From the NCBI GenBank assembly GCA_030141605.1, contig JAQGDQ010000225.1:124001-188000 (forward strand): a stretch of DNA of 64,000 bases, in the 5' to 3' direction. Source of the stretch: Tubiluchus corallicola. Its lineage: Eukaryota > Animalia > Priapulida. The position numbers and the translations under genes were made by a program. Shown piece after piece: positions 1 to 13,121 of this stretch (position 1 is its first letter; the number at the start of each line of letters is the position of its first letter). The notes under the pieces are model-generated. The model worked only from the letters and a program-made list of their open reading frames with translations. It did not search any database and was not told the origin of the DNA.

Positions 1-789
1 AGCTGAACAAGAAGAAGGAATTAACTTTAACTTTCGGCATGACTTTGACCTAAGAAGAAGTAAATCTAGGAAATGAAATTTAAATTCTACTGTGCATCTT
101 AAAAAACAGGCATCAAAAAGATAAGCAAAATGTTCAGCCATCTATCCAGGTCATACATTCCTTAACCTTTTCAATGCTATGTACAGTAACGTCAAAGTGT
201 AAAGAACAAAAAATTCTGTTTCTGAAATAACATAACTACAGTCATAATCAGCCCAGTAGATTTGCTACAGTCACTGTCTCAACAGACGAATTTTGAAGAA
301 TCTGAATGATTTAAATTTTTAGCACATCATGAGATGAGACAAAAAACACATTTAAAAACTAAAGTGTGCATGATGGTGCCACCTAGCTTAAAATTACAGT
401 GCAGAAATTGTTGACTGATAATAAAAATCTGTAGTTAGCTTTTGATGGTAGAACATGTTCTAGAATACAAATATTTCTGTAGTCTGTAACATGACATCCA
501 TTTCGCTCCCACAATCATGGAAAAAAATTCTGTAATTGTAGTGGACACTCTCTTATGTCTGTCAGATAAAAAAATGACCAGTTTTTTTTAAATAGTTCCC
601 ACTTAAAAAGACAACCTTGTATTGTTCATTTTACATTTTTTGCCAGGCATATTTCAACAGTAATCAGTAGTATGCAAGAAATCAGTGCTTAAATACTAAT
701 GCTGATATAGGTAATTGTCAACTTAGTACTACAATTCTGGCAAATTGGCATGTTCTAGTGGTGCAGCCTTACACATAAGATGGTATCTG

Positions 790-1031
790 TATATGTGCAC
801 TAAGCATGGCGGAACGAACGGATGAATTCGGCGCGACAGACAGCGATTTAAAATTATTAGTCATTATTATGAGTTATTATTAGTTGTGTATAATTCATTA
901 ATTAAGTTGAGGTCGAGTCGAACAGTTGTAAGTTGCATCGATTCGTAAAATCGAGCAGTTCATAAGTTGCATCGAGCCGTAAAATCAAACAGTCGTAAGT
1001 TGCATAGGTCAAAAGTCTATGACTACCTATA
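790..1031. mobile_element. Tigger/pogo-like MITE end fragment with subterminal tandem repeats
   Basis: Repeated AGTTGCATCGA..CGTAAAATC units ending GACTACCTATA. Confidence 0.4.
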
Positions 1032-1092
1032 CTGTTAAATTTCTAAATCCTAAACTATAGTGTTTATTTTAAACTTTATCGTATTTATTTAC

Positions 1093-1153
1093 CTTTAGCA
1101 TCTTCAGCATAATCAGGTCTTGCAATGTGATCAGGAACTTGTCTCTTCGGAGT
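1093..1153 (-). CDS. METAP1: Methionine aminopeptidase 1, coding exon 4 (gene continues beyond window start)
   Basis: ttttcag acceptor, TPKRQVPDHIARPDYAEDAK-G, GTAAAT donor; matches the METAP1 'P.RPVP..I.RPDYA' motif; phase 0 in, phase 1 out. Confidence 0.93.
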
Positions 1154-1243
1154 CTGAAAATATTTCTTATAGATATATTCCCCTACCTTAAATAAATTTT
1201 TCTGATAAATCATACATATTCTAGAATGCTATATCTTACTTGC

Positions 1244-1322
1244 GTACTGTGGTGTGGCAGGGTTAGAACCTAGCTCTTCATTATCACCGATGAGACGAAA
1301 CACTGAACCAGTAGAGGTGTCT
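1244..1322 (-). mobile_element. tRNA-derived SINE head (degenerate)
   Basis: Minus strand shows a weak A-box-like segment and B-box-like GGTTCTAACCC. Confidence 0.4.
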
Positions 1323-1715
1323 TAGCCGTATTCGGATGTTTGTACATTTTTCCTTGACAAGACAAATAACGGCAGGTGGAAAAAACTCGGAAGCAACGAT
1401 TTTAGGTGTCATCTATACATATACTGGCCAGTTCTCGCATTATTTAATCTTGGTCACTAAGCACACGCCACCACCACCACCTGCCTTTCATTTATCAAAT
1501 TTAAATTCGGGTTCAAGCTTACTTTCACGAACACTGGTCAGGTTCTGCCTGAATACCCGGGTTGTAGTGTGCATGGGGTGTGCGAACTTAACAAGTCAAT
1601 GTTGTCTTGATTTCATCTCTTTCCCTATTATTACCTGTAGATTCAGTTATTTCCAAAATTACAAAACCAAACGTTTCAGGTTAAATCATTGTAATAAAGT
1701 AGAAGTAGTACATAC

Positions 1716-1792
1716 CACGGGCCATGGTCGCAGCTTTCCCGTAAAAACAAATTCTGGCCATGGGTCGTATAGTGTGCCCTGGTTACTGGTTG
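1716..1792 (-). CDS. METAP1: Methionine aminopeptidase 1, coding exon 3
   Basis: Encodes TSNQGTLYDPWPEFVFTGKLRPWPV (METAP1 'DPW..Y.FTGKLRP'); ttttag acceptor, GTATG donor; phases fit neighbouring exons. Confidence 0.93.
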
Positions 1793-4700
1793 CTAAAAAA
1801 CGAAAACTCAAGTTGGTGACAGTCCAACGAAAAATAATAAGGTTAATGCAGCCATCTTATATAATGGCTGCATATGAATACAAGTTAACAATGACAAATT
1901 GTGTTTAAAGCATTTGCTTTAAATTAGAATGAGCTAATATGTTAATCCAAACCATCTAGTAAATGTTTGTGTACCATTCAATTGAAGATCATAATTTTCG
2001 ACCAGCACCATTACAGTGTTTATGTGATTTGCTAAAGTTCTGCTTGCATCCAGTAAGGGATTAGCAGTATGGTCCAATGGCGCATTTACACTTGCGAGTT
2101 TTCTAACCAAGTTAACTCGCAAGCATGCTCAATCAGTATCAGACAGCTTGCAATTGCTTGCCAACAGTAACTCACAAAACAGTTCACAATTGAGAGTTTG
2201 CTACCTGAGAGCAAACTCACACCAGAAAATGTGCTAGCCTGAACACATGAACCCATGTTGGATGTAACTGAACCCAAAAACTCTTCTCACTGGCACATGA
2301 GAGTGCAAAATAACACATTAACATGTGAATGTGACCTAAAAAAAGTTTATTGTTAGCTATTTCATATCTATGTAATGTCCACAGTGATATTCGCTTACTA
2401 TCAATAAGAACAAAAACTAATAGCAGAGACCAGTTGCTGTTGGGCTGGTCAGAGACAAACTACCACAAAACCTTGGAGGAAAGACATGCCCATCTGCTTT
2501 TTTCTACCTACTGCTTTAAACCGACTTTTTCTCGTCTGCTGTTAGTCTATTTGTTCAAACTAATTTCCTACTCAAAATTTTCATAAGCAATTGGGTGCAG
2601 CACAAACAATTCACATGATGCTCTGTTTTTCTCTAACCCATCCAGCAGCAACTGGCAGTAGTTAACAATCTCTAAAACTTTGCCTTACCTTACTGTACTA
2701 AAAATAGGGAAATAGTAGTTTTAAAAATTCAACAGGCTACATATTCTTTGATAACCTTTTTTTCGGCAGACTTAGCCTTTCCCTGTATAGAAAGCTGTAA
2801 TATATATTTATTTCTTATAATTATATATTTCAATTTCCACACAAATTTAATTGATTATTATTTCTTGTAAAGTTTACTACAGCAGCGGTTATCTTTCTCC
2901 TGCGATTTTTATTATTATTCTACTTCATTTTCAATAAATCCCGAAAGACTAAAAGCCTACACAATTTTCAATTAGCAATAACTTTTTCCTCTTCGCTCAC
3001 GAACAGAATTTTCTTTTTCCTGTGATGTTTGCCGCCACGCACAAAGTGCAAGAAAATGTACTTCTGCCGAATTTAGAGCAATGGTCAAGACACATTGCTG
3101 CACTTGAATAGCAAAGCAGCAGCCACATAAAATCTAGTAGTAGTATTAGTATACAGACTACAGTAAGTTTGCATGCAATAAGTTTCGTTCAAAGAAAGAA
3201 TAACAACATAAAAAATGCGTCTCTGAAACACTTACTTTTACCTAAACCCCAGATTAGTGACCGCAAAGAAAATTTAATCCTTAAAATAGTGTTTTGCCAA
3301 GTATACAATCGATAAAAAGATCTCATGGCATGATACACAACTCACTCAGGTACAGTATCAATATACAGCAGACAAAACGATACAGTTGGCGCCATCTGGC
3401 GGCGAAAATCATGAAAATTAATATGAAAAGTAAGAATTTCGGAAGCTGGAAACTTATTCAGACCAACAGTTCTAAATTATTGGACTGTCCTGCCATGTAT
3501 ATACAAAAAACAAAAAAATGCTTACAGAAACAAAACAAAATAAACAACTGATTTGCACACCATGACTTTTGCTACTTTGTTTGTCCTACAGGTTCATCCA
3601 TCTCAAAACTGTTGTTTTATACTAATGAATCACTATGTGTTGAATGTAACTGAATCCATTTTTCAAACAGAATGTTACTATTAGTGCAAATATTTAAAAA
3701 ATGACATTGTTATACAGGTACATGGCATAAAAAGCTGCTAATAATGAACTAATGATAGCTACATGTGGTGCAAAAATGTCATCTAGGGATAGTGGCAACT
3801 GCAATTACTGGTGATGTTAACAGCAGGTTTGCCTATATAGCCATTAAATCATAATAATTATGTCTAAAATGCTGTAGTTTTAAAAATTTAATTATTCAAT
3901 TAAATTAAAACTCTGTTACCTGAAAATTTTCTCATTTCCAACTCTTAACGAAACCTCGTCTAATATGTCACATAAATACAAGTTTAATTAATTCAGAATT
4001 TTAAAATTTTATAGCACAATTCTCAGGCTTTCCAACAGCTTTTGAGAATTTAGAATGGCACTTATTTCGAATTTTGTAATTTGTCTGTTTTGTATGTATA
4101 ATTGCTTTATATAAAAAATGCGAGGAAGTTTAGGCTAAATAATAATAAATTATTAGAAGAAAGTGTCCTACACAATTGTAATTTCACAGTTAGGTGTTAC
4201 AATATCGCAACTTTTGGCAGTGAAAGTTACAAGTTTATAGTCTTTTAGACTAGCTACAAGTCAATATCTTTATAGGTTTTTAAGTTATGGCTAAAAAATC
4301 AAATGCCGGAAAAATACTGTATGAACTGAAAAGGCAGCCATGTCGACGTGATCGACACATGGCAGAAAAATAATAAAGGAATTAACGAGTTTACATCATG
4401 GTCTTCACAAAAGAAAATAAAGCAGTGATACAGACTTGTTAAGAAAAATGGTACTTAATCCTTTTGATAGCGAATCTGGAATTTCCTCAAAGAGAAAGTG
4501 TATGGCAGCCACACAGAGCCATATATTGTGATGCAGAGGAACTAAAGGCAAAGTTTGCTGATTGCTGGCACAAAATGCCTCTCAAAGAAGTAAGACACTG
4601 TCCAACTTACATCAGTTGCTGGAAAAACTACCTTCATCTAATTTGCTTTGAAAATGGTGGAAACATAAAGCAGTGGCTGGTAATTTCAAAAGCAGTGATA

Positions 4701-5690
4701 TTCCAATTTTTTCAGCATTTATTTTTTTGAATTTTTGTTATAAAGCTTCTGTAATTTTGAAAAAATCAAAGTGAATGACTTAAGACTATTGAAGTGTCTA
4801 CAAATCAGTCTGCAACATCACCGTGGTAATTTTCAAGCAATTCCCCTATTTTCTTCTTGTAATATCGTGATCACACCAAAACTTCATGTATCACCTGCTG
4901 TAAATATAAACAATATGTATGGCTAATGAAGGATTCCTACTCTCATTTTCTACAAAATTTAGAATTTTTGATTTTTCGTTTTTTAACATTAGTTACTTTT
5001 TCAATTTGCTGGTATCCTTTTTCTCTACTTCTGTAACTTGTTTGTAGGCCAGTAAATCAAAGGAAAGAAGGTATAGAGTAAAACAGCACCTAATTTTAAA
5101 CTTTAGTTCAAATAACCAAAAGATCAATATTCCATCAGATGGCCCTTACTTCATTAGTTTTTCAATTCTGCACACTCACAACTATTTCTACTTAAATGGA
5201 CAACAAAGTCAATTTCTCGAATTTGGCATTGCAAGCTACAGGCAGTGTAACAGATTGAAAGTTTTATAAATAGCTACACAACCAAATCATCATGTAGACT
5301 TGCAGAATCACAAGTTATCCCATGAAGAAATTGAAACCTGTATTGTTTATTTACAGTTTAGTGGGTTTTTGTGTTCACTCTTCATGTGATGCAGCTTTCC
5401 AATTTTTACTTTTGTAAACAAGTGCAAGACATGCGCAGAACGGTTCTTATCAATAAAAATTTGTACTCATTGGTGTTGTCCATGCTAGCTTCTATACAAA
5501 ACCAAAAACTCCCCTACTTTCTGTATTGGTGAACCTGTACTGTAAACTTAACACAGGGTTAAAATCTGAAGTAACATGAACAAGTTTCAAAAAACACCAG
5601 TCCAAACATCTGTTTCTTTCTCTAACACAGACGACAGAACTCTCCCAGTTGAAAGATTTTGCTAATACAGTAATTTTAAGGTTATCTTAC

Positions 5691-5742
5691 CCGACTTCTT
5701 GTGAATGCGCTTATGTGTGCTCCAGTTAGCCTTAAAGCATTC
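5691..5742 (-). CDS. METAP1: Methionine aminopeptidase 1, coding exon 2
   Basis: 52-nt exon ECFKANWSTHKRIHKKS, second half of the N-terminal C6H2 zinc finger; tttcag / GTAAG sites. Confidence 0.94.
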
Positions 5743-6261
5743 CTGAAAACGGCAAAATTTTCAAATCACTAGTTTTGCCCAATATTTCTACATTTCTAAT
5801 TTACTAAAATACAAGATATAATATTTTTTAGTATAACTGTGACATTACACTTCTTTTCACAGTTCTTCTAAACTGCTGAAATGATTATTGATTGATTGTG
5901 TGACCCCAAAATGCTGTTTTATGTTAGTCTCTACAATGCAGGTGCCCAATTTGAATCCTCTTAAAACTATAAGTATTGCATAAAAAAATTTAAAACAGAC
6001 TGTTCGCAAAAACGATACAAAAACCACGAAGGAAATAACACAGATGCTATGCAGTTCAGTTAACAAAGATGCAAAAAATCAGCTGTTATGTTCCAGAAAC
6101 TGTAATCATATCACTCCTGATGTCTATTCTTAACTCTCTATAAAATATCATGTTAGGCCTCATAACAGAATATGTAATGGTCAGAATTGGTCACGTACAT
6201 TGTAGAAGGACATGACTATTGGACGAAAACTGTTTGTTTAGTGTATAGGACGCATAGAGTT

Positions 6262-7027
6262 TAGTGTTTACACAGGTAGCAAAAATCAGACTTGGGTACC
6301 CGATTGTTAAGATTCACTGGCAGCGAATAAATTCTAATCATTTATATTCCCAAATAAAAACAACCACTGGTGCACTTCAACTAATAGTGTTACCTTAGTA
6401 ATAAACATTCAGTAATTACATGCTTAGGCTTTGAACATGAGCCATGAGTCACAAAAGTTAGTGTTTTGCCACTGTACTGCCTCATCTCTCAGATTACTTA
6501 ATTACTTGTATTTCACGCTTTATCAGCGAATCAGCTACTGCATAGGGATTATAATAAAACTGTACTGTGATTTTTGTGCTGTTAAACTTAACAATCCGTT
6601 TGTTAGTATCATTCTTAGTGGACTTTTTTAAAGAAATTACAGTTCGTTTTCCGTAAAGTTTCGTAGCTCATCCCTTCAAGAAAATGATTTGATCTGCTAT
6701 GTACTTGCAAGTGATAGAGATATACTCATTAACAGCCTCGCTTGTTAATGCTGAAATACACTATTATACAGTAGTTTAAAACAATAATGACCAATAATTT
6801 ACTAACTTTAGACAAAGTTTCATGTGTTTGAGGGCTAGATGGCCTAGTAGGTATCTACTGTACAGTACAAGTGTGTTGCAGAAAGCGACCTTTAAATTTA
6901 AATGAATTCTTAAACACTGGATATCCTATTAATAATATCATCTGCATTTTAATTGTCAGAACTGGGTAGAAATATCAGACTTGGGGAACAATGTGGGTAA
7001 GTACACGAGTACTCGATGGAAACACTA
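6262..7027. mobile_element. hAT-like MITE
   Basis: Termini TAGTGTTT...AAACACTA with near-perfect 8-bp TSD ATAGAGTT/ATGGAGTT. Confidence 0.65.
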
Positions 7028-7541
7028 ATGGAGTTGCCTACAAAAATGCAATTGTGAAATATGATTTATGCCCAATGGAATCTATTAGATATTGACTTCA
7101 TGACATATGAACGAGAAGAACAAATCAATGCTGTTAAATCTTGACAATATCTTGCTACTAATACTATACAATGATGTAAGGTGATGAAAGCAACAGAAAA
7201 AAATTATTTTAAAAGAAAACAGGACGATTTTTCAGATCATAATATAAATTTTAACACCCATAAAAATGTCAAAGTGTTTATGAGAATTAAATAAAGCATA
7301 GAAACTTAATTACAGCTGATGAGTGCAACTAAGGATAACTTTCATCTAACAGCAAAAAAACAGTGCAAACACAAAATTATGCGTCCACAGTAATAATTCA
7401 AACAACATTTTCCTGTTCAATTTTTATTTTATTTACACATTATTTAACATCATGGTTTAAAGAATTTTGTGTCCTGTTTTCCTTCAAGGTTTACTCACCA
7501 CGAAGGTGAATTATAAAAATGGCAACATGCGGTGATTTCAC

Positions 7542-8053
7542 CAGTGGCAGCTCTATGCTAAAATTAGTGGGGGTGCTGCTTCAGAAAATTTTTAGCCATT
7601 GTTTTAATATTGTGTAAAAGGAAACAAACATATGTAATTTTAATGGTGTAATTTGTAATTGTAATTTTAAACAAACAAGCATACGAAAGTTTATGAACAT
7701 AAACTTGATAAAATCGTAAAAAATATTTTTTGCTTACTTATAGCTTAAATTGTCGCAGTTCAAGCTTAACCCATTCACGGTAAACGCGTAACAACTGACA
7801 ACAAACTGTGTGAGCAACAGTACTTTCTCTTGCTTACCTCAAATATGTACGCATGGCTGCATGCGCACCACAGCCAAACACTGCATTGCGAGCACACTGC
7901 GCTGGGCTGTGCAGCAAACAGTACTACTATCATGTGTTCTAGTTCCGTACACATATAAAGAAAGAACTAAAAAAAACTCTTACTATATCAAATATTATCG
8001 AGTGAAATAGGGGGCGCTGCAGTTCCACAGTACCCATACACGAGCCGCCACTG
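7542..8053 (+). mobile_element. hAT-like MITE, copy 1
   Basis: TIR CAGTGGC(A/G)GCTC; perfect 8-bp TSD GATTTCAC (7534-7541 / 8054-8061); homologous to 9604-10126. Confidence 0.88.
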
Positions 8054-8129
8054 GATTTCACTCAAATGTTTAGAAATGTTAGCTAATAGAATCGACAGTA
8101 TAAAAAAGATCTTCCAGAACAGCGCAAGA

Positions 8130-8290
8130 AGTTTTAAAGGTGATCAGCATAAAACGTTCACGAGGAGGCGGAACAATTTAGGCTTAGATTTGTTTGCTAA
8201 CAGAATGGTAAAGCTCTAGAGTGACTTATCAAGTCATGTATGACTATACTACTAACTATTAATTCTTGACTTATTTCATAAGTTTTGGAA
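8130..8290 (+). mobile_element. Degenerate CR1-like LINE 3' fragment
   Basis: Translates to an FANRMV..L.S.V-like CR1 C-terminal motif, with stops. Confidence 0.4.
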
Positions 8291-8687
8291 AAATATTTAT
8301 TCACTGTACTCAGCATCAAACCATATAATTACTGGTAGCGGTAGGTATTAAAAAATTGATGCTGCGCGCACAATCTTGTCTATGTCTCTACAGCCTATAG
8401 CCAGGTTTACGTTTGTTCTCAACCTACAACTACAAGTACAACTAGTACAACTACAAGCTCTTGAAATTATATTAATAAAAAGTTTTGATTTGAAAACTGA
8501 TTTAAAACGAAGATCAAAATTACCATTATAATGTTTTAGTCGCGCATAAAACCTATAAGTATCATAATTAGATCTACTAAGTACTATAAGTTGTAACTAT
8601 AAGTGTTACTAGTTAGTGCTTTAATACTGTGTAAAAAGAAAAAAATGACTTAGTATTAATACTATTATGTAAAAAAAAGTAACAAAC

Positions 8688-8843
8688 TTGAGAACAGAAA
8701 AATGATCCTGGTATGCAAAGCTTAATGCATGTTGGACACTGAAGTCGCGCACTCTTTCCACATCCAGGAGAATCACATATTCTTAGAGAAATTTGGTGAT
8801 CTGGTGTCGTTTTACTAGTTTCAGTTTCACCGGTGGCCGCCAT
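8688..8843 (-). CDS. METAP1: Methionine aminopeptidase 1, coding exon 1
   Basis: ATG at 8843; MAATGE...CDSPGCGKSARLQCPTCIKLCIPGSFFCSQ is the MetAP1 zf-C6H2; CAA|GTTTGT donor. Confidence 0.95.
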
Positions 8844-9199
8844 ACTTGTGTTTTCTCTTCAAATCTGTTACTGAAAAACGCACCACTACAAACTCCGTAA
8901 TGCGCGCACTTCTTTTTGCAGTTGCATATTTCATACGAAAAAGGTTCGTATCAAACAGTCGGCCAAACTTTTTCGATACCTAAATTTGCCAGTAAAGCTC
9001 TGCAGCCCATAACTGTGCAGGCCTTACTATATTTGTTTTAAGAGCATACCAGCTGGCACTAGCACCAGGATTTCGAAGACGCTTTGCACAAAAAACAGTT
9101 CCTCTCAGCGATCGACAGCTCATTTGTGAGCACAGTGGTAAATTTGAATTTTATCTTAAAACTTGCCTAGTTTTAGCACAGCACACTAAATATTTTACA

Positions 9200-9435
9200 G
9201 TAGCACTGTATTTTAATTTTTTCTTTCACAAACACGTTCGTGGTATATTTTTGCTGTTGAAAATTGTTAGTTTGTGATATCATCAACACTTGGATTCGCC
9301 CGCCGTTAATTAAGTTTTTAATCTATTATTTAATTACCAGAAACGCTTTTGCAATATTAATTGTCTTAAAATGTATAATTTTTATCGGAGTTAAAAATGG
9401 GGTAGTATATGAAAAATCATCCTGTCTTCCTTTAA
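9200..9435 (+). repeat. Partial copy of the TTAA-flanked dispersed repeat family
   Basis: Matches 16130-16347 (CCGTTAATTAAGTTTTTAA...GAAAAATCATCC..CTTTAA). Confidence 0.6.
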
Positions 9436-9603
9436 GTAAAATCCACCATTCCCTAGGAGAGCATGGAAATAATTTCACTCATTCTCACCTGGTTTTACAA
9501 GGGTAATTTTTCCCAGCATTTTCAATAATGTTTCTTAAATGCTTTTCATTGCTGTCCAATCACTCAGTTAAACAAACATTTTATGCCAATCTAATACTTA
9601 CAC

Positions 9604-10126
9604 CAGTGGTGGCGGGGCTGATTCAGAAATATTTTAGCTGTTGTTTTAATGCTGTGTAAAACGAAACGAATGTATGTAATTTTAATGCCGTAATTTGTAA
9701 TTGTAATTTTAAACAAACAAGCATACAAATGTTTATGCACATAAACTTGATAAAATCCTAAACAAAAAAAATTTTGCTTACCAATAGCCCAAATGGTTGC
9801 AGCTTAAGCTTGATCCACTCACGGTAAGCACGTGATAACTGACAACAAACTGTGTGAGCAGCTCAGACGTGCACATGGTTGCATGTGCACAACAGCCAAA
9901 CACTGTGTTGCTGGAGTTGTTACCACACTGTGCTTGTCGTGTTGCTGGAGTTGTTAGCACACTGTGCTTGGCTGTGAAGAAAAGAGAACTACCCTCACGT
10001 GCTCTGGTTCCACACAAGTATAAAGAAAGGACTAAAGAAAGACATATTATATCGAATATTATCAATAATATCTAGTGAAAATAGGGGTGCTGTAGTTCCA
10101 CAATACCTATATACGAGCCACAACTG
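9604..10126 (+). mobile_element. hAT-like MITE, copy 2
   Basis: Same family as 7542-8053; perfect 8-bp TSD ACTTACAC (9596-9603 / 10127-10134); internal ~37-bp duplication. Confidence 0.88.
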
Positions 10127-10573
10127 ACTTACACCATCCAAAAAAGAGACTAACACATTAATTTACTTTACCGTAAATGGGTGCCACAATAATACCTAGT
10201 AATTTACAATAAAGCATCTTCAACATGGAATAGCAAACATTATGTAAAGTTTTTATTTACAATAAAGTGCAAATTTACATCATATTTTCACTTTCGAATA
10301 CTTGATGTGTAAAGAATTTCAACCTGACACACTACACAATGGTCAGTCACACATCACCGATCACTCTAAATGGAGAAGAGGATCGTATCTGTCTTCAGAA
10401 GTTCCGCTAAACAATCAAGCAGTTCTTATCACATCCACTTCTTGACACTCTAGGTCCCAGGAGAAGAAATTATTGTATGTCGACTAATACTGAGAAATGC
10501 AGACAGCAGGTTCATGTTTAACCAAAAGGTTCATATCAGCAGCTGATGAACATGCATGAGCAATGATCCACTG

Positions 10574-10710
10574 TTAGTAATCGTGTCTTGGCTTCTTTTT
10601 CTCCGGTTTGTACACGGGATCCGACTGCTTTCCTTTGTTTTTGGCCGGTCTACCACCCTTTTTACCCTGATTCTTCTCTTTCCGTGAAGGATTCAAAAGC
10701 GGATGGGTCT
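10574..10710 (-). CDS. RBBP5: RBBP5 (COMPASS/MLL WD40 subunit) exon 12, terminal
   Basis: ttaacag acceptor, (E)THPLLNPSRKEKNQGKKGGRPAK...PRHDY then TAA; resembles the RBBP5 'EVHPLL..K...GRP' tail; AATAAA on minus strand at 10252-10257. Confidence 0.88.
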
Positions 10711-11378
10711 CTGTTAATCAAAATCAGATTGCTTAACAGGAATTTGTCAGATTAACAATAACGATAACCCAGAACAATACATTGTAACTTCATTAAAATA
10801 ACTTAACAAGAATATAATTATTTCATATAAAGTGAAAAAATTTTGTAAAAACTTAATGCTAAGAAATCAATTAATTCTGCAAGTGTTTGACTAGCTCAAT
10901 GGCTTTACTCATTTTCTCCCTTAACTCTTCTTTATTCCTTGTAATTTTTTTGGATTTTTTTCAATTTTGGAAGAACTTGAACATGCTTCGATATCACTAC
11001 TTCCAGGAATTGTTCTTGAAAATTTTGTCAAAGTTTGGTTTAACCTTGCAAATTTCTTTTCCTGATACTTCTTTGGCACGTTGAAGGGAATTCTCTGGCT
11101 TTTTGGAGAGTCAAAAAAGTAGTTTGTAAGTTGCAAAAAACTGTTTTTAACTGTTTTTGAACTGAATGAAGACGGTATAATTCTAGATACCGCTGTGGCG
11201 ATTACACACGTGGAGCGTAAGGCATGCTGTTGTCATTACAGCATCAACTGTTCTGTTCTGTCGACCAGCTATATCATAACCATGGTCATAGTGTACTATT
11301 GCCATTGTTAATAGGCAATATAGCAATATACAATGCACTAAGCGGAACACAGGTCTAGTCTTCAAAAAATTCTAGTTA

Positions 11379-12040
11379 TGGTAAGTGCTCGTTTAACGAC
11401 GCTAATGCGTTCCAACAAAATGTGAAGTTAAGCAAAACGTCATTAAACGAAGCCAAGACTTCCATAAAAAGTATTGTAAAAGAATCGAGTCCAGAGACAT
11501 AAACTCAATACTGCTTAAATCATATAAGTTAAACATTGCCTACGAGTTTTATTCATATTTCGACTTATTAACGTCTTCCTGTTTGCCTGAAACCGCCTAT
11601 ATATTTTACTTACCAATACCTAGCTATAGCGGTTTCTTTTTCATTAACATTTAAGCCTAGTCAGCGGTTGAACACTAAACACTGCAGAGTCAAGCCCTAG
11701 GGCGACTTTGGGAATTTTACCTACATACTTATTCTGATTGCTACAGCAAGAAGGTTGCAGGCAAAATTGCTCGCTGGTCACTTGATACACAAACTGCTAG
11801 TAATGCAGTAGTAGCGTCAGTAGTCAGTCGGAAAGCAAAAACATGCATAATAATAACACTGTTTACATTACTAGTGGGTTTTTAGAGCAGAATAACGCAA
11901 TAGGTGCTGTTTTAATGCATCACATTAGGTAAAAATTTTGTTAATCAAATAAAAGTTTGCCTTGAGCAAAGTAAAACAAAATCGTCGTTGAAGCGAAAGT
12001 TGCATCGTTAAATGAGGAGTGGTTAAGAGAGGACTTACTG
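11379..12040. mobile_element. Tc1/mariner (Tigger-like) MITE
   Basis: Degenerate TIRs GTAAGTGCTCGTTTAAC / GTTAAGAGAGGACTTACTG|TA; subterminal CGTTAA repeats. Confidence 0.55.
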
Positions 12041-12079
12041 TACATCGAAAAACTAGCAATAATAACAAAAGATACTGAC

Positions 12080-12179
12080 CGTCCACAGGTGCATTCTCCA
12101 GATCAATTTCAATGACTTTGTTCTTTTTCTTCTTTTGATTTTGATTATCTGGCGAATGTTTCTTTTGCAAAGGTTCCTC
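12080..12179 (-). CDS. RBBP5: RBBP5 exon 11
   Basis: EEPLQKKHSPDNQNQKKKKNKVIEIDLENAPVD; aatag acceptor, GTCAGT donor; phases 0/1 fit. Confidence 0.88.
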
Positions 12180-13121
12180 CTATTAAAAAAGAAAAGAAGT
12201 CAGTTACTATTAGACTGTAGATCTGTCAGGAAAATGATTGTGCAGGAAATCCCAACTTCTGGCAGTTGCAAAGTATTTTGCCCTCCAAATTGAACTGGCT
12301 GAGATTTAAAGTAAATGGCCTTTTTTTTGTTTTATGGAACAAAATTAATTTTTAAACATTTTGATGCACTCAAGTTATAACATGTTTTGGTACTAAACCA
12401 ACAGCTTAGTAAAAACACATTATATACTACAGTATTTATGAGAATAAAACGTTATCTCTGATAGTAAATTCTACCTGTAGCCTCTAAGAAAACCTTCTCT
12501 TATATCATGTTAATATATTTCAAACAATTGTTCAGGCCACCTGTGTTGACTTAAAACAGTAATCTGTTCATTTTTATACAAGTTCTTACAACTAATCTGC
12601 TACTAAGGGAGATTTCTTTTGGTGATTTTTAAGCTGTATGTTGCAGTTGTCAGAAAAACATGTCAGATGCCAGAAAAAAAGGACTGGATTTATCAGCAGC
12701 TGTTCAACATCTGTATCTTGGGTTAAAATATTGGAAGCTGGAAAATGAGTTCTATGGACAAACTGTTGACATTTAGAAACCAGTGACAATACATAATGAC
12801 AGCATCTTACATTAAGGACAAGAAAAATCTATTCTTACATTTTATTGCATACAGAGCTTGTGTTAGAAATTTCGCGATGTCCGTTAAGCACAGCCATTTT
12901 TAGACAATGAACATTAGACAACATTGTGTAAAGTTTCAAAAAATAATCAGAACATTTGTAGCGCACACTTCGCCAGAGACCTCGCTAACTAAGCAAAACG
13001 GAAAATTACTTTATCAAATCAATAAGGCTAATAATGTGTTTTGGTGAACCTGGTATAGCGAAGAATTGGGAAGCAGTGACATTTTACCAGGTGACGCAAG
13101 AATGTTAAATTATTATAAATA

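Noticed and set aside
1336-1908. 190-aa plus-strand ORF
   Set aside because: Antisense to METAP1 exon 3, no recognisable domain or coding-like composition
10887-11136. Short ORFs in the last RBBP5 intron, possibly a transposase relic
   Set aside because: No diagnostic motif could be recognised with confidence
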